From an uncultured Leptolinea sp. (GTDB lineage: Bacteria > Chloroflexota > Anaerolineae > Anaerolineales > Anaerolineaceae), in contig CAYQTY010000001.1 in the NCBI GenBank assembly GCA_964420535.1, positions 1-35,305 of the forward strand: DNA of 35,305 nt, in the 5' to 3' direction. This document shows positions 34,796-35,305 of this stretch, one piece after another (position 1 is the first letter of the stretch; the number at the start of each line of letters is the position of its first letter). A program made the position numbers and the translations under genes. The notes under the pieces are model-generated. The model searched no databases, was not told the origin of the DNA, and was given only the letters and a program-made list of their open reading frames with translations.

Positions 34796-35305
34796 TTATT
34801 TCGGCCAGGAGGCGTCAATTTCCTTGAGGGCGGTATCCAGATCGATGGAATCGCTGACATAGGAGGTCATGGATTTCCAGAAGGAACCGGCACCAACAGC
34901 ACCCGGCATCAGGTCTGAACCGTCGAAGCGCACGGAAGTGGCTTCCTGGATCATCTTGGCGATGCCGCGGTCAACATCATTGGTGTACCATTCGAGTTTG
35001 GAATCTTTGTGCGGGGAGATGGCTCCGCCGGCTTTTACCCAACCTTCAACGGAAGCACCAGTCGAGAAGTATTCCATGACGGCGCGAACTTCGGGGCGGT
35101 CATTGAACATGGCATAGATATCACCGGCCACGAGGACGGGTTTGCCATATTGCTCATCGATACCGGGCAGGTAGAAGAAGTCATAATCCACACCGGCTTT
35201 GGTGTTTTCGGGGAAGAAGGTGGTGATGAAGTTACCCTGTTTGTGCAGCCAGCATTTCGCGGGGGTTTCGAACATGGGTTTGGGGGCATCGCCGAAGGCG
35301 GTGGT
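34796..35305 (-). CDS. Sugar ABC transporter substrate-binding protein (AglE-like), 5' part outside the window
   Basis: CWLHKQGNFI, RFDGSDLMPGAVGAGSFWK, IDASWPK; upstream of AglF/AglG-like permeases. Confidence 0.88.
   Translation of the reverse strand, partial: TTAFGDAPKPMFETPAKCWLHKQGNFITTFFPENTKAGVDYDFFYLPGIDEQYGKPVLVAGDIYAMFNDRPEVRAVMEYFSTGASVEGWVKAGGAISPHKDSKLEWYTNDVDRGIAKMIQEATSVRFDGSDLMPGAVGAGSFWKSMTSYVSDSIDLDTALKEIDASWPK

Noticed and set aside
1-35305. tRNA or rRNA genes
   Set aside because: No cloverleaf with T-loop GTTCGA and matching acceptor stem, and no rRNA-like segment, was recognised by eye.

Overview
GC-rich bacterial chromosomal window. The gene content (NBR1-like Ig-domain secreted protein, zinc-ribbon membrane protein, NarL-type two-component system with ABC exporter) suggests Chloroflexota/Anaerolineae, which is an inference. 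It holds about 28 coding regions: two serine hydrolases, AraC-GyrI, MarR-MFS-SDR, a degenerate GGDEF protein, a Phd/VapC toxin-antitoxin pair, an orphan OmpR-type regulator, a GH94 phosphorylase, PTS enzyme I, an ABC exporter with two-component system, a frameshifted amylosucrase and an alpha-glucoside-type ABC importer. The non-coding DNA is the most notable part. A REP-associated tyrosine transposase (RAYT) sits between its own ATAG-hairpin REPs, and many large intergenic gaps are mosaics of several other palindromic repeat classes with conserved outer arms and interchangeable inner stems or loops. Three AT-rich orphan genes lie next to these mosaics. One of them is bracketed by a 126-bp duplication of the ptsI 3' end, with no integrase. 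Other highlights are a c-di-GMP-I-like candidate leader RNA upstream of a GGQEL protein that keeps its RxxD site, and a 35-bp insertion that breaks the amylosucrase gene. All calls come from reading the sequence; no searches were run.
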